From IMG/VR virus record IMGVR_UViG_3300048834_000191, positions 1 through 57,962 of that record: a stretch of DNA of 57,962 nucleotides. One strand, written 5' to 3'. Position numbers and translations under genes: made by a program. Positions 37,478 to 45,547 of the stretch are shown in pieces. The first letter of the stretch is position 1. Each line of letters starts with the position of its first letter. The DNA comes from a virus. Taxonomy: Duplodnaviria; Caudoviricetes. The notes beneath the pieces are model-generated. The model saw only the letters and a list, made by a program, of their open reading frames with translations, was not told where the DNA came from and ran no database searches.

Positions 37478-38236
37478 CTAGAGCGCCCAACTGTCTAATT
37501 CGTCTCGCCACTCTTGGGCGAACTCACAATCTTCGTATCCCGGCATATCTGGTGTGCCTAAAGTGTAGTGCAACAGCTTGGCCTCACCGCGAAACTTCTC
37601 ATCGTACTCGCCTACGAGGAAATTCCACTCCCTGCCTATCGCGCCAATGTCATTATCAGACAGCCACCCGAATTGATGCAGGAACTTCCCGCTTGCGTTA
37701 TTCACAAGATCAATCGTCAACGATTTGTTGGCGGGATGGTCGCAGTTAAACAGCATGACTGACGACCAATTCTTTCGCGCGTATTTAGTCTGCGCTTGCC
37801 CGTCCATTTTAATATCAGACTTGGGCGCGTAATCATGTTGAACGCAAAGCAACGCTTTATGCCGCTGCGTTTCCGCGTATTCAAATAGCCGCACCAGATT
37901 GCAGCCCGGACGAGCCAGCATGTCGCAATCAATAAACAGCGCCCAACCCGTCTGCGCCAGATACGGCACAATGAACCGCGTAAGCGAAAATTGCGTGGAC
38001 ATGGGCGCGTCAGAGATAACATCATATCTCTGGAAGCCCGTTCCTTTAGGGTTCGCCCTGACTTCTTCTTTTCGCCAGTATAAATTCTGCGCGCGCAGAT
38101 CCGATTGAACCAACCCCTGAATCGGGATCGGCTGCGTCAGCCATTTCTTGATCGAATGTCTTGCAACTGCGAAGGCTGCGGACTCTCTCGGATCGAAGCC
38201 TATAAAGATTGATCGTTCATTCACGGCAGAGGACAT
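37478..38236 (-). CDS. GT8-like glycosyltransferase
   Basis: IFIGFDPRE; STQFS.TRF.VP; FIDCDML; RKNWSSVMLFN; WN.LVG; HYT.G.P. Confidence 0.8.
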   Translation of the reverse strand: MSSAVNERSIFIGFDPRESAAFAVARHSIKKWLTQPIPIQGLVQSDLRAQNLYWRKEEVRANPKGTGFQRYDVISDAPMSTQFSLTRFIVPYLAQTGWALFIDCDMLARPGCNLVRLFEYAETQRHKALLCVQHDYAPKSDIKMDGQAQTKYARKNWSSVMLFNCDHPANKSLTIDLVNNASGKFLHQFGWLSDNDIGAIGREWNFLVGEYDEKFRGEAKLLHYTLGTPDMPGYEDCEFAQEWRDELDSWAL

Positions 38237-38520
38237 TCAACCACAATCGCGTTGTCTTGTTTATCTAACGAGTAGCAATACGGCATCGTATTCAAGTTGA
38301 CCTCGACGCCACTCAAATCGAAATATTCAGATAGAGCGCCCGCAATTAAAACATCTTGCAGGAATTGGTCTATCTGTTCGTCGGAAACACCGCCGCGTAT
38401 ATCAACGATGTTGTCTGATAATCGCCAGCCAGTGACCGGCATATGTTCGCGCGGGAGAAACCTTGTTGAGAGCAATGAGATTAGAAGAAACGCACTAATC
38501 AATATCGGGCGAGTAATCAC
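38221..38520 (-). CDS. Hypothetical protein with N-terminal hydrophobic segment
   Basis: ORF upstream of the GT block. Confidence 0.45.
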   Translation of the reverse strand: MITRPILISAFLLISLLSTRFLPREHMPVTGWRLSDNIVDIRGGVSDEQIDQFLQDVLIAGALSEYFDLSGVEVNLNTMPYCYSLDKQDNAIVVECPLP

Positions 38521-38562
38521 CCGCTCATGGCCTCAATCAAGTTTGTCTCCGAATAAATGCGA

Positions 38563-38667
38563 TGCGGCAACAACCGCTCAACCGCAGCAGCGGACACCTT
38601 GAGCTTAGACACCACTGCCAGCGGTCAAGACCCCGAAGCGTCCTTGCCAGCGGTGTTGCGGGCCGCG
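38563..38667 (-). ncRNA. Candidate structured RNA downstream of tRNA-Pro
   Basis: Stems GCGGC/GCCGC, CAACA-CCGCT/AGCGG-TGTTG, UUCG-capped hairpin. Confidence 0.45.
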
Positions 38668-38677
38668 TGTTAGAATT

Positions 38678-38753
38678 TGGTCGGAGCGGAGGGACTCGAA
38701 CCCCCAACCCTCGCGCCCCAAACGCGATGCTCTCCCGATTGAGCTACGCTCAG
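38678..38753 (-). tRNA. tRNA-Pro(UGG)
   Basis: CTGAGCG-TAGCTCAATCGGGAGAGC-A-TCGCG-TTTGGGG-CGCGA...GTTCGAGTCC...CCA; one acceptor mismatch. Confidence 0.92.
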
Positions 38754-38761
38754 AAATAATA

Positions 38762-38930
38762 TCTAGCTGGCGGGGTGCCCTACTTCCCGCATCTCTTCGC
38801 TCTTTACCGCTTGTACGTTCTCAATGCTGATCGCATCGAGGGTTTGGCGTCACCAAACTCGGAGAGCTACTTTCCCCTAACCCACGCGAGGATTATGGAG
38901 TGTGAGGAGGCCGTTCTCACCTCAGCTAGA
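38762..38930 (-). ncRNA. Candidate structured RNA between the two tRNAs
   Basis: Closing stem TCTAGCTG/CAGCTAGA and at least five internal stems. Confidence 0.6.
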
Positions 38931-38933
38931 ACT

Positions 38934-39009
38934 TGGAGCCGCCTGTAGGATTTGAACCCACGACCAGAAGTTTACAAAACTACTGCTCTACCAACTGAGC
39001 TAAGACGGC
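38934..39009 (-). tRNA. tRNA-Thr(UGU)
   Basis: GCCGTCT-TAGCTCAGTTGGTAGAGC-A-GTAGT-TTTGTAA-ACTTC...GTTCAAATCC...CCA. Confidence 0.93.
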
Positions 39010-39021
39010 AAATTCTATAAA

Positions 39022-39306
39022 TCAGGCTTTCGCCAACTCGATAACCTCGCCATCCTTCTGATAGCATAAGGCGCACGCATATATCGAAGTCCCGCCAGAC
39101 AACTCCCCGCTCTCATTTCTAAATGGTGCGAGCGTCAGTTTAATCACCGCGCTGCCGTTGCAGCGGGAACATACAATCTGCTGCGGATCGTCGAATGCGC
39201 GCTTCCTGGGACGGATGACTTTATCCCCATCCTCGCCAACTACAGCCAAATTATCCGGCTTGTCTTTAGCCGTTCGGGGCTTGCGGATGTAGCGCTTACT
39301 ATCCAT
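39022..39306 (-). CDS. Zinc-ribbon hypothetical protein
   Basis: CSRC...CALC. Confidence 0.55.
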   Translation of the reverse strand: MDSKRYIRKPRTAKDKPDNLAVVGEDGDKVIRPRKRAFDDPQQIVCSRCNGSAVIKLTLAPFRNESGELSGGTSIYACALCYQKDGEVIELAKA

Positions 39307-39363
39307 CGAGAATAGGTTTTAACCCATAAATCCGGAGGATTGCTATAAGTTAAAGCCTATAGT

Positions 39364-41418
39364 TTACGCGGCTAAATTAGCCTTTTTGAACGCGCCAGCC
39401 TCGACTTTCCGCAATTCATCGAGGGTGTATTCCTTGCCCGCATTGTTAATGAAATCGCGGATTTTAAGCCCGCCACGGCGGAATAAAGCGCCCTTCGTGA
39501 CGCCCAGAACATCATCCTGCACTTCGGCTGATTGTCTGCGTAGCCACTGTTCATAAGTCTGCGTGGCAGGTACCTGGCCGTTCATCGAGGCGCGTGTTCC
39601 CGCAGGAACCTCGTCCACATCCAGCCCAAGCTCGCGAAAACTTTTTGTTACTGGGACCGTTGTACAACGGCAGTTGTGTACCCATATGCCGTTAGCGATA
39701 TAAGCGCCAATTTTTGTTTCGAGGTTATAAACGTGACCGCTAAAATCAACACGATCAACACTGATAACCTTATCAAGGACTATCTCGCCGGATTTTCCAG
39801 CGCAAATCTCAGCAGCAAGTACGGCGTCAGCGTCAACACCGTGCTCAGAAGACTTAAAGAACGCGGCGTCAAAATAAGGCCCGGCGCATTCATGCCGTCC
39901 GTTTCCCTCCCGACCGATGAAGTGGTCGCCCTGTTCAACAGGGGCCGAGGCGTTTCTGCTATAGCCAAGCACTTCGGCTGCGTGCGCACCACAGTAGACA
40001 GACACCTGCGTATGGCCGGTATCAAGCCTCGCAATAGAGCCGAACAGCAGGCTGAGCGAATGAAACGTTCTACGCCAGCCGAGCGCAAAAGACTCGCCAA
40101 GGCCGCGCATGACGCGGTTCGAGGAAAGAGCCATACCGAGGCACATCGTAGAAAAACGGCTGCGACGCGACAAAAACGCCAGACACACGTTTCTAAATAC
40201 GAGCGGCAGATTGCCGATCACCTTAAAAATATAGGGCTCGACGCCGTGTGCCAGAAGGCGATTGGTCGCTACAATTGCGATATCGGTATCGCCCCCGTCG
40301 CCGTGGAAATCTTCGGCGGAAATTGGCACTGGTCGGGCATACATTTCGCGGGAACCGAACGCCGCCTCCGCTACATCCTGAATCTTGGCTGGGACGTTCT
40401 TGTCATCCACATCGACAGTCAAAACAGGCCCGACATGGCCGAGGTCGCGAACTACATTGCTTCCTACGTCAATGCTCGACGCGGGCAAGAACCCCCTGCC
40501 CGTGAGTATCGGGTGGTTCGGGGTGCAGGAAAGCTGCTTGCCAGAGGCAGTGCGAATGACGCAAAGCTCTCCATCGTACCAATGTTTACTTGCACCCGTG
40601 ACCCCATCACGGGTCGTTACAAGAGTGTCCGCAGGGAAGCAGTTAATATGTAGCGGAGGGCGCGGCCCTTCGCCCATATCGTATGTCTTGCCATCAAGCG
40701 CGGCGCAGCGGGGACACGTTCTCGTATCGAGCGTGCTCACCCACTGGATTTTAGAAATAATATCCGCGTTCTGTTTATAGACAAGATCGCGTGCGGAATG
40801 GGAAACGTCTGCAACGGCGGTTCTAACGAGAGCCTCAGCCGAACGCCGCGAGATTTCAAGAATCCCGTCCTTGAACTTCAGTGCCCGCGTGCCGCGAATA
40901 CGCTGGATCATTTCCGGCGTAGTCTGGCCTTCAATCATGCCAAGTCTGATGGCTTGGCTTACTCGCGCGTAATTATTCGCGTTTAAGCTGTCAGTCCATT
41001 CCTTGAGTAGCCGACCGCTAATGGGTTCCCGTGTCGCTAAAGCATTAAGCAACGGCGCGGCGGGCGTCACGATATCCATAACGACCGGAATCGTGCTTGC
41101 CAGAAGATTGGCCTGAAAGCCAGCCTCGTATTTCGCTAGGCTCGATAGCTGCCCGCCAAGCTGATTATTTACCTGACGATATGCGTCCGCTGAAATCTCG
41201 CGAACCGCCTTTAGCAAGGCTTCTAATCTGCGCTTCTTAAATCCATCGCCAACATCGTTCAGATCCAGCTTTTGTATTTGCTGGACTAGATCAAGATCGG
41301 TCTTATTCAGTATCGCAAGTATCTTGCGAACTGTTCCATTGGCGAGACGGAGTAGATTTACTTTGTGTCTAACGGAGGCGTCGAATAGGCCTTCGTTTAC
41401 GGATTGCGATTGAGCCAT
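39364..41418 (-). CDS. Head morphogenesis protein (MuF/SPP1 gp7 family) containing an intein
   Basis: A..LVRTA, W.STLD.RT...C..LDG, PP.H.N|CRC motif split by the intein. Confidence 0.92.
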   Translation of the reverse strand: MAQSQSVNEGLFDASVRHKVNLLRLANGTVRKILAILNKTDLDLVQQIQKLDLNDVGDGFKKRRLEALLKAVREISADAYRQVNNQLGGQLSSLAKYEAGFQANLLASTIPVVMDIVTPAAPLLNALATREPISGRLLKEWTDSLNANNYARVSQAIRLGMIEGQTTPEMIQRIRGTRALKFKDGILEISRRSAEALVRTAVADVSHSARDLVYKQNADIISKIQWVSTLDTRTCPRCAALDGKTYDMGEGPRPPLHINCFPADTLVTTRDGVTGASKHWYDGELCVIRTASGKQLSCTPNHPILTGRGFLPASSIDVGSNVVRDLGHVGPVLTVDVDDKNVPAKIQDVAEAAFGSREMYARPVPISAEDFHGDGGDTDIAIVATNRLLAHGVEPYIFKVIGNLPLVFRNVCLAFLSRRSRFSTMCLGMALSSNRVMRGLGESFALGWRRTFHSLSLLFGSIARLDTGHTQVSVYCGAHAAEVLGYSRNASAPVEQGDHFIGREGNGRHECAGPYFDAAFFKSSEHGVDADAVLAAEICAGKSGEIVLDKVISVDRVDFSGHVYNLETKIGAYIANGIWVHNCRCTTVPVTKSFRELGLDVDEVPAGTRASMNGQVPATQTYEQWLRRQSAEVQDDVLGVTKGALFRRGGLKIRDFINNAGKEYTLDELRKVEAGAFKKANLAA
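39673..40641 (-). mobile_element. Intein (323 aa, residues 260-582 of MuF)
   Basis: Block A CFPADTLV, block B TPNHPILT, blocks F/G VYNLET..YIANGIWVHN followed by Cys+1. Confidence 0.92.
39733..40653 (+). CDS. Antisense homing-endonuclease-like protein (2x HTH + NUMOD3-like + DUF559/Vsr-like nuclease)
   Basis: GAGG RBS + GTG; YGVS.NTV.RRL and FG..RTTV.RHL HTHs; GKSHTEAHRRK; SKYE..Q..IG.Y..D..AVEI.GG.WH..LGW.V..I. Confidence 0.8.
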   Translation: MTAKINTINTDNLIKDYLAGFSSANLSSKYGVSVNTVLRRLKERGVKIRPGAFMPSVSLPTDEVVALFNRGRGVSAIAKHFGCVRTTVDRHLRMAGIKPRNRAEQQAERMKRSTPAERKRLAKAAHDAVRGKSHTEAHRRKTAATRQKRQTHVSKYERQIADHLKNIGLDAVCQKAIGRYNCDIGIAPVAVEIFGGNWHWSGIHFAGTERRLRYILNLGWDVLVIHIDSQNRPDMAEVANYIASYVNARRGQEPPAREYRVVRGAGKLLARGSANDAKLSIVPMFTCTRDPITGRYKSVRREAVNM

Positions 41419-41493
41419 CTGCTAGAAATTTTCCTCAAGCGCAAAAATCAGAAAGGGCGATTCCTTAAATTCGGCTCCTACGTTTCGACTATT

Positions 41494-41763
41494 TCAACGC
41501 CAGCCGACATACAGACGAAACGGCCCAATATCTAAACTACAGCCGTGCGTCCGCCACCAACCAGCATAAAGCTGCCACGACAACGGCCAAAACGAAAACT
41601 TGATGTGAACTTTCTGCGCGCATCTCCAAGCCCACAGCCAATCGGAGGGATGGAAAAACATAAATGGCGGTCGCCCAAGTCCGAGCGTGGAATAAACATC
41701 CCGCCGCGTTGCGGGCGGTAAGCTATTTATTTTATCCATGTACCGCTGCGAATAACATCTCAT
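41494..41763 (-). CDS. Trp-rich hypothetical protein
   Basis: ORF between portal and MuF. Confidence 0.45.
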   Translation of the reverse strand: MRCYSQRYMDKINSLPPATRRDVYSTLGLGRPPFMFFHPSDWLWAWRCAQKVHIKFSFWPLSWQLYAGWWRTHGCSLDIGPFRLYVGWR

Positions 41764-41796
41764 CTGAGAACCGCTCTACTAGACTAGAATTGGATA

Positions 41797-41881
41797 AACT
41801 GGCCGATGCTCGTCAACATCACCGGGGATTCCCTCCCCGACAACACTTGGGCGCTATCCAGCAGCCCTATGAAAGCCAGTT
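41797..41881 (-). ncRNA. Candidate cloverleaf-like structured RNA
   Basis: Closing stem AACTGGC/GCCAGTT enclosing three hairpins. Confidence 0.5.
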
Positions 41882-41883
41882 AG

Positions 41884-42135
41884 CTAAATAGAATATCTTG
41901 CTCGGAGATTGGCTCGCTCCATGTCATCCCATGACTTTAGGAGCTTCATCCACTCTTTATCGAACTTGCGAATGCGACCAGTGCCATTGCATCGGTTACA
42001 TGATTGCTCTCGCGTGCCACGACCTGTCTTGCGCCGTTCTGCTAGCGGCATCGGGCGCGGCGGCCACACCCTAATATTTGATCCATCTCCATAACAAACA
42101 TTACAGCACTCTGTTTGCGCAGAACCCATCAGCAA
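41884..42135 (-). CDS. Small DnaJ-type zinc-finger protein
   Basis: CNVCYGDG and CNRCNGTG. Confidence 0.55.
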   Translation of the reverse strand: MLMGSAQTECCNVCYGDGSNIRVWPPRPMPLAERRKTGRGTREQSCNRCNGTGRIRKFDKEWMKLLKSWDDMERANLRARYSI

Positions 42136-42295
42136 TCTTCCTGTTTTTGATAATGGAGCGGGCGAGCTTATGCACGTCGAATACGCCGTGGAGGCATACC
42201 CTCGGCCATTTCACATTTTCATCGGAATAAATTAGACCGCGATGTGTGGCCGTTAACTCGATATATAATTCTTCGGCCAACTGCTCAGGCGTCAC
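42101..42295 (-). CDS. Hypothetical protein
   Basis: GTGA overlap with portal stop. Confidence 0.5.
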   Translation of the reverse strand: MTPEQLAEELYIELTATHRGLIYSDENVKWPRVCLHGVFDVHKLARSIIKNRKIADGFCANRVL

Positions 42296-43875
42296 GCAGC
42301 CTCTTGCTGTTGCTGGCCGCCACCCGCGTTAGGGCCGGCCAAAGGATCAACCATATCCCCCAACGCACCGCCCTGCTGGCTAATCAATTCTTCCTCGGAA
42401 TCAGCATCAAACTCTGCCGACAAAATATCTCGGCGCTGCAATTCCGCCCAATATGTTCTACGCGAAATCTGACCGGACTGTGCATCCTTTTGCAGTACCG
42501 CAGCTTCTTCAACACCAGTCGCGTCAACTCCGAAATCGGTGAATACCTGAACTTCCGGCTCGACATTCAAATTCATCCATTGCGCCGTGTATTTCAGCGC
42601 AAGCTCTAGAGCGTCTTTCAAACCAAGTGCCCACGACTGCAATGTTGAATGCGCCTTGGCTTGGTCGATAGCCTGTCCTGTAGCAGTAGGATTGCCCGAC
42701 TTGTCTGTAATCGGCTGCATCGCAAGGCGACGCATATATTCAATCAGGTCGTTAATATCCTCGCGCAGCTCGGTCATATTGGCTGCTGCTGGCTGGATAT
42801 AATCAGCGTCAGGCTGTGCACCATCAACGCCGGGAGGAAGCGTGATAACCCTCTTGGGGCTTACGGTAACGGTCGGGACTTTCTTGCCAGAGCCGTCATC
42901 TTCAGTAGGCAAGCTATCATTGCTAACGCCCAGCAACTTAAGCATTGGGCTGCCGGCGAAAGCTTGAATTTCATTCTTATTAGACAGCTTCTGATAAAGT
43001 TCTATCTGCGCATCTGCCAGAGACAGCAGCGGCGGGTGAACGATGAAATTGCCGGAACGCTTGCCAGTGAAAAAAAGCGAAACGGGAATTTCAGGAAGGG
43101 AAATCAGCCCTTCATCAATCAGGCTATACGCCTGCTTCTTCTTGTCTCCGCTCGCCTGTTGCGAAGTGTTTACCGGCGTAGATTCCCAAACCTGCCAGCG
43201 CACTTTGCCGGATACGTCTTGGCCGTTTCTGTCTTTGGCCCCATCGGGCGCAATCTCAAACACGCGAACGCGGTCAATTTCGACTTCTTCAAACCCATCC
43301 TGTTCCGTATAGCACTCACGGAAACGGAAATGGCTGATAACGGATCGACCGCCAACATTCTTAAAATACAGCGCGATAATGTTTTCCGGCTGGATTAAGC
43401 ACCAGTACGGGCGAGCGCCGGATTGCTTCTCATCGGCAAGCGTTATACCTGCCTGCATCGTGGGGTAATCAACTAGGATCGCCCCAAGACCGAAACCAAC
43501 GCCAGTGTCGAAATACTCTTTCGAGAACCGCGTTAGATTGGTGCCGCCGCCGTCAACATCTTCAGCGAATGTCTTGATCTGTTCAGGCGCGCCATCAGCA
43601 AGTGAAATATCTTTTTGAAACGGCTTGGCCGACAGGTTGCGCAAGCCGTCTTCAAATTCTGGACGCCAGCTCGTCGTGTTAAGACGACGATTGTATTCGT
43701 CGTTTGTTTCGCCCTCGAAGCGGGGGAGATAATCGGTACGATGCTCACGAACTGCATCAAGTCCGCTAAGGATGGCGCGAATCTTCTCCCAGACAGGAGC
43801 CATAACCTCGGAATCGGTCGATAGGCAAGACGGGTCTAGCGTTGTGTTTGCGTTGCCCGCCGTAGTGTCAGCCAT
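42292..43875 (-). CDS. Portal protein (DUF4055 type)
   Basis: YLP.F..E....Y..RL, DVDG.G..L, LVDYP, RPY, PPL..LA, TAT; follows terminase. Confidence 0.9.
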   Translation of the reverse strand: MADTTAGNANTTLDPSCLSTDSEVMAPVWEKIRAILSGLDAVREHRTDYLPRFEGETNDEYNRRLNTTSWRPEFEDGLRNLSAKPFQKDISLADGAPEQIKTFAEDVDGGGTNLTRFSKEYFDTGVGFGLGAILVDYPTMQAGITLADEKQSGARPYWCLIQPENIIALYFKNVGGRSVISHFRFRECYTEQDGFEEVEIDRVRVFEIAPDGAKDRNGQDVSGKVRWQVWESTPVNTSQQASGDKKKQAYSLIDEGLISLPEIPVSLFFTGKRSGNFIVHPPLLSLADAQIELYQKLSNKNEIQAFAGSPMLKLLGVSNDSLPTEDDGSGKKVPTVTVSPKRVITLPPGVDGAQPDADYIQPAAANMTELREDINDLIEYMRRLAMQPITDKSGNPTATGQAIDQAKAHSTLQSWALGLKDALELALKYTAQWMNLNVEPEVQVFTDFGVDATGVEEAAVLQKDAQSGQISRRTYWAELQRRDILSAEFDADSEEELISQQGGALGDMVDPLAGPNAGGGQQQQEAA

Positions 43876-44003
43876 TAACTAACAGCTACCAGAAATGATG
43901 CAGAGCACCGCCGCGACGGAAACAATGCCACAGCCAACCAAAATTCCGATAGCTGCCCCGCCAGCAACCACAAGCATCGCTTCATCAATTTTATTGCCCA
44001 GCC

Positions 44004-45224
44004 TCATGCCGTCCTCTGCCATCCGAATGTTGCTACTGGTGCCGCCCTGCGTAACGGCTCTAATGCATACCGACACGCATCTATCGTGTGGTTTTTCTTA
44101 TCTTCCAAAACCGGCAAGACCTCATCAGTCTTCTTGTCGATCTCGTATGAATAACTGGAAAGCTCATCGACGACATGCGGACACGCATCGGGGTCAACCA
44201 CAATGTCGTATGACTTCATGAACTCAACGCCCTCCTCAACTGAACCCGGCCCCTTCTTGGCCGCGATTAGTTTCGGATAGCCATGCCGCCGCATGTAACT
44301 AATGGCTTGCGGGTTTGAGCTATCGCCCACACAAGGCCAGAGCCTCGCCATGCCGCCGTCAATCTTATCGAACAATGCCGGTGTGCGGTCTATCTCGCAA
44401 CCTACCGCCCATGATTCAGCGTTGATGTAGATTGTCCGCTCGCCTATCAGATACAGGCGAACGATAACCGTGGGATCAACCGAGAAGCCCCAATCGCAAC
44501 CGAAATACGGGCGACAACCCTTGGGCACCTCCATCTTGCCGGCACGCCAGTTACGGAAGACGCGGGCCTCAGATAGCTTGCGATATTTGCCTAGCCAAAC
44601 GTGGGCGTATTTCTCAGGATCGCGCCGCTTATCGCGCTCCATGTCCCCGCGCAAATCGTCCGGGAACCACGGATTGTCGCTATAGTTAGCGGTAACACAG
44701 ACGAAATTCGGGTCGTCCGCGTTCTCGCGAAACATCTTGTCAACTGGATCTGACGGAGCAGTTGGGTTCCAGCCAAACCTTAGAATAGAACCTTGCGCGC
44801 GAAAGGTAGGTATCGCCAAGTCCATAGACTTCTGCGATAGCTCTTGCGCCTCGTCGAACAAGCCGCGATTAAACCCCTCAGCCGATTTAAAGCGTGAGGC
44901 TGTGTGGTTCTGAATACCTTTGAAGATAAACAGGCTATCGTTCGGACCGCGTATCTCTCGGTCAGTAATTACAAATAAATCATCCAGTCCATATTTATGG
45001 ATGAACGATTCAAGCAACGGCTTAACAGAATCTTCTAGGGAGTTTTGCGTTTCTCTAAGGCACGCACAGCGAATGTGCTGGTCAATGCATTCTTCAACCG
45101 TTCTGCCGCCAAAGAACCAGGATTTACCTGAGCCTCTCCCGCCTTTAGCGCCGGCAAATCGTTTATTGCTTAATAACGGCTCAAATACAGCAGCCGTTTC
45201 AATCCTTAGCGTTCGGCTTGACAA
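44004..45224 (-). CDS. terL: Terminase large subunit (PBSX family)
   Basis: GGRGSGKS Walker A, FDEAQ Walker B, WNP, G.DWGF..DPT, NH.IDA.RY. Confidence 0.95.
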   Translation of the reverse strand: MSSRTLRIETAAVFEPLLSNKRFAGAKGGRGSGKSWFFGGRTVEECIDQHIRCACLRETQNSLEDSVKPLLESFIHKYGLDDLFVITDREIRGPNDSLFIFKGIQNHTASRFKSAEGFNRGLFDEAQELSQKSMDLAIPTFRAQGSILRFGWNPTAPSDPVDKMFRENADDPNFVCVTANYSDNPWFPDDLRGDMERDKRRDPEKYAHVWLGKYRKLSEARVFRNWRAGKMEVPKGCRPYFGCDWGFSVDPTVIVRLYLIGERTIYINAESWAVGCEIDRTPALFDKIDGGMARLWPCVGDSSNPQAISYMRRHGYPKLIAAKKGPGSVEEGVEFMKSYDIVVDPDACPHVVDELSSYSYEIDKKTDEVLPVLEDKKNHTIDACRYALEPLRRAAPVATFGWQRTA

Positions 45225-45498
45225 TCACACGCTCGATCTTCGCGACAATGCCAATGTCCCCGCCGTCTTTTCCTGAATGCTCGACCGCCTGCAATCGAGG
45301 GTGAAGGTACGGCGCGCAAGCCTTCGCCATATCGTCTCTGCGTTCAGTATCGGCAGCCACATCGCGCATAACGCCCAGCATGTATTCTAGCGGGGTAATG
45401 CCCTGCTCTAGGGCCTTGGCGACGATCTCTTGCGTTTTCTTATTCGCTGAGCCTTTGGGCCTACCGGCCCCCGGTCTGGCCCCGCCGTTCTTAGCCAC
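45199..45498 (-). CDS. terS: Terminase small subunit
   Basis: GGARPGAGRPKGS.NK; AK..APY.HP.L..VE.SG. Confidence 0.85.
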   Translation of the reverse strand: MAKNGGARPGAGRPKGSANKKTQEIVAKALEQGITPLEYMLGVMRDVAADTERRDDMAKACAPYLHPRLQAVEHSGKDGGDIGIVAKIERVIVKPNAKD

Positions 45499-45547
45499 TG
45501 ATATCCTCTAAATAAATTTCAGTTAATAAAAGCTCGAAGCGTTTCCG

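Noticed and set aside
38563-38677. Theta/HDV-like ribozyme after tRNA-Pro
   Set aside because: The structure starts ~10 nt after CCA and I could not fit the nested double pseudoknot
42649-43398. 249-aa antisense ORF in portal (also 33500-34141 over scaffold)
   Set aside because: Shadow ORFs without domain signatures
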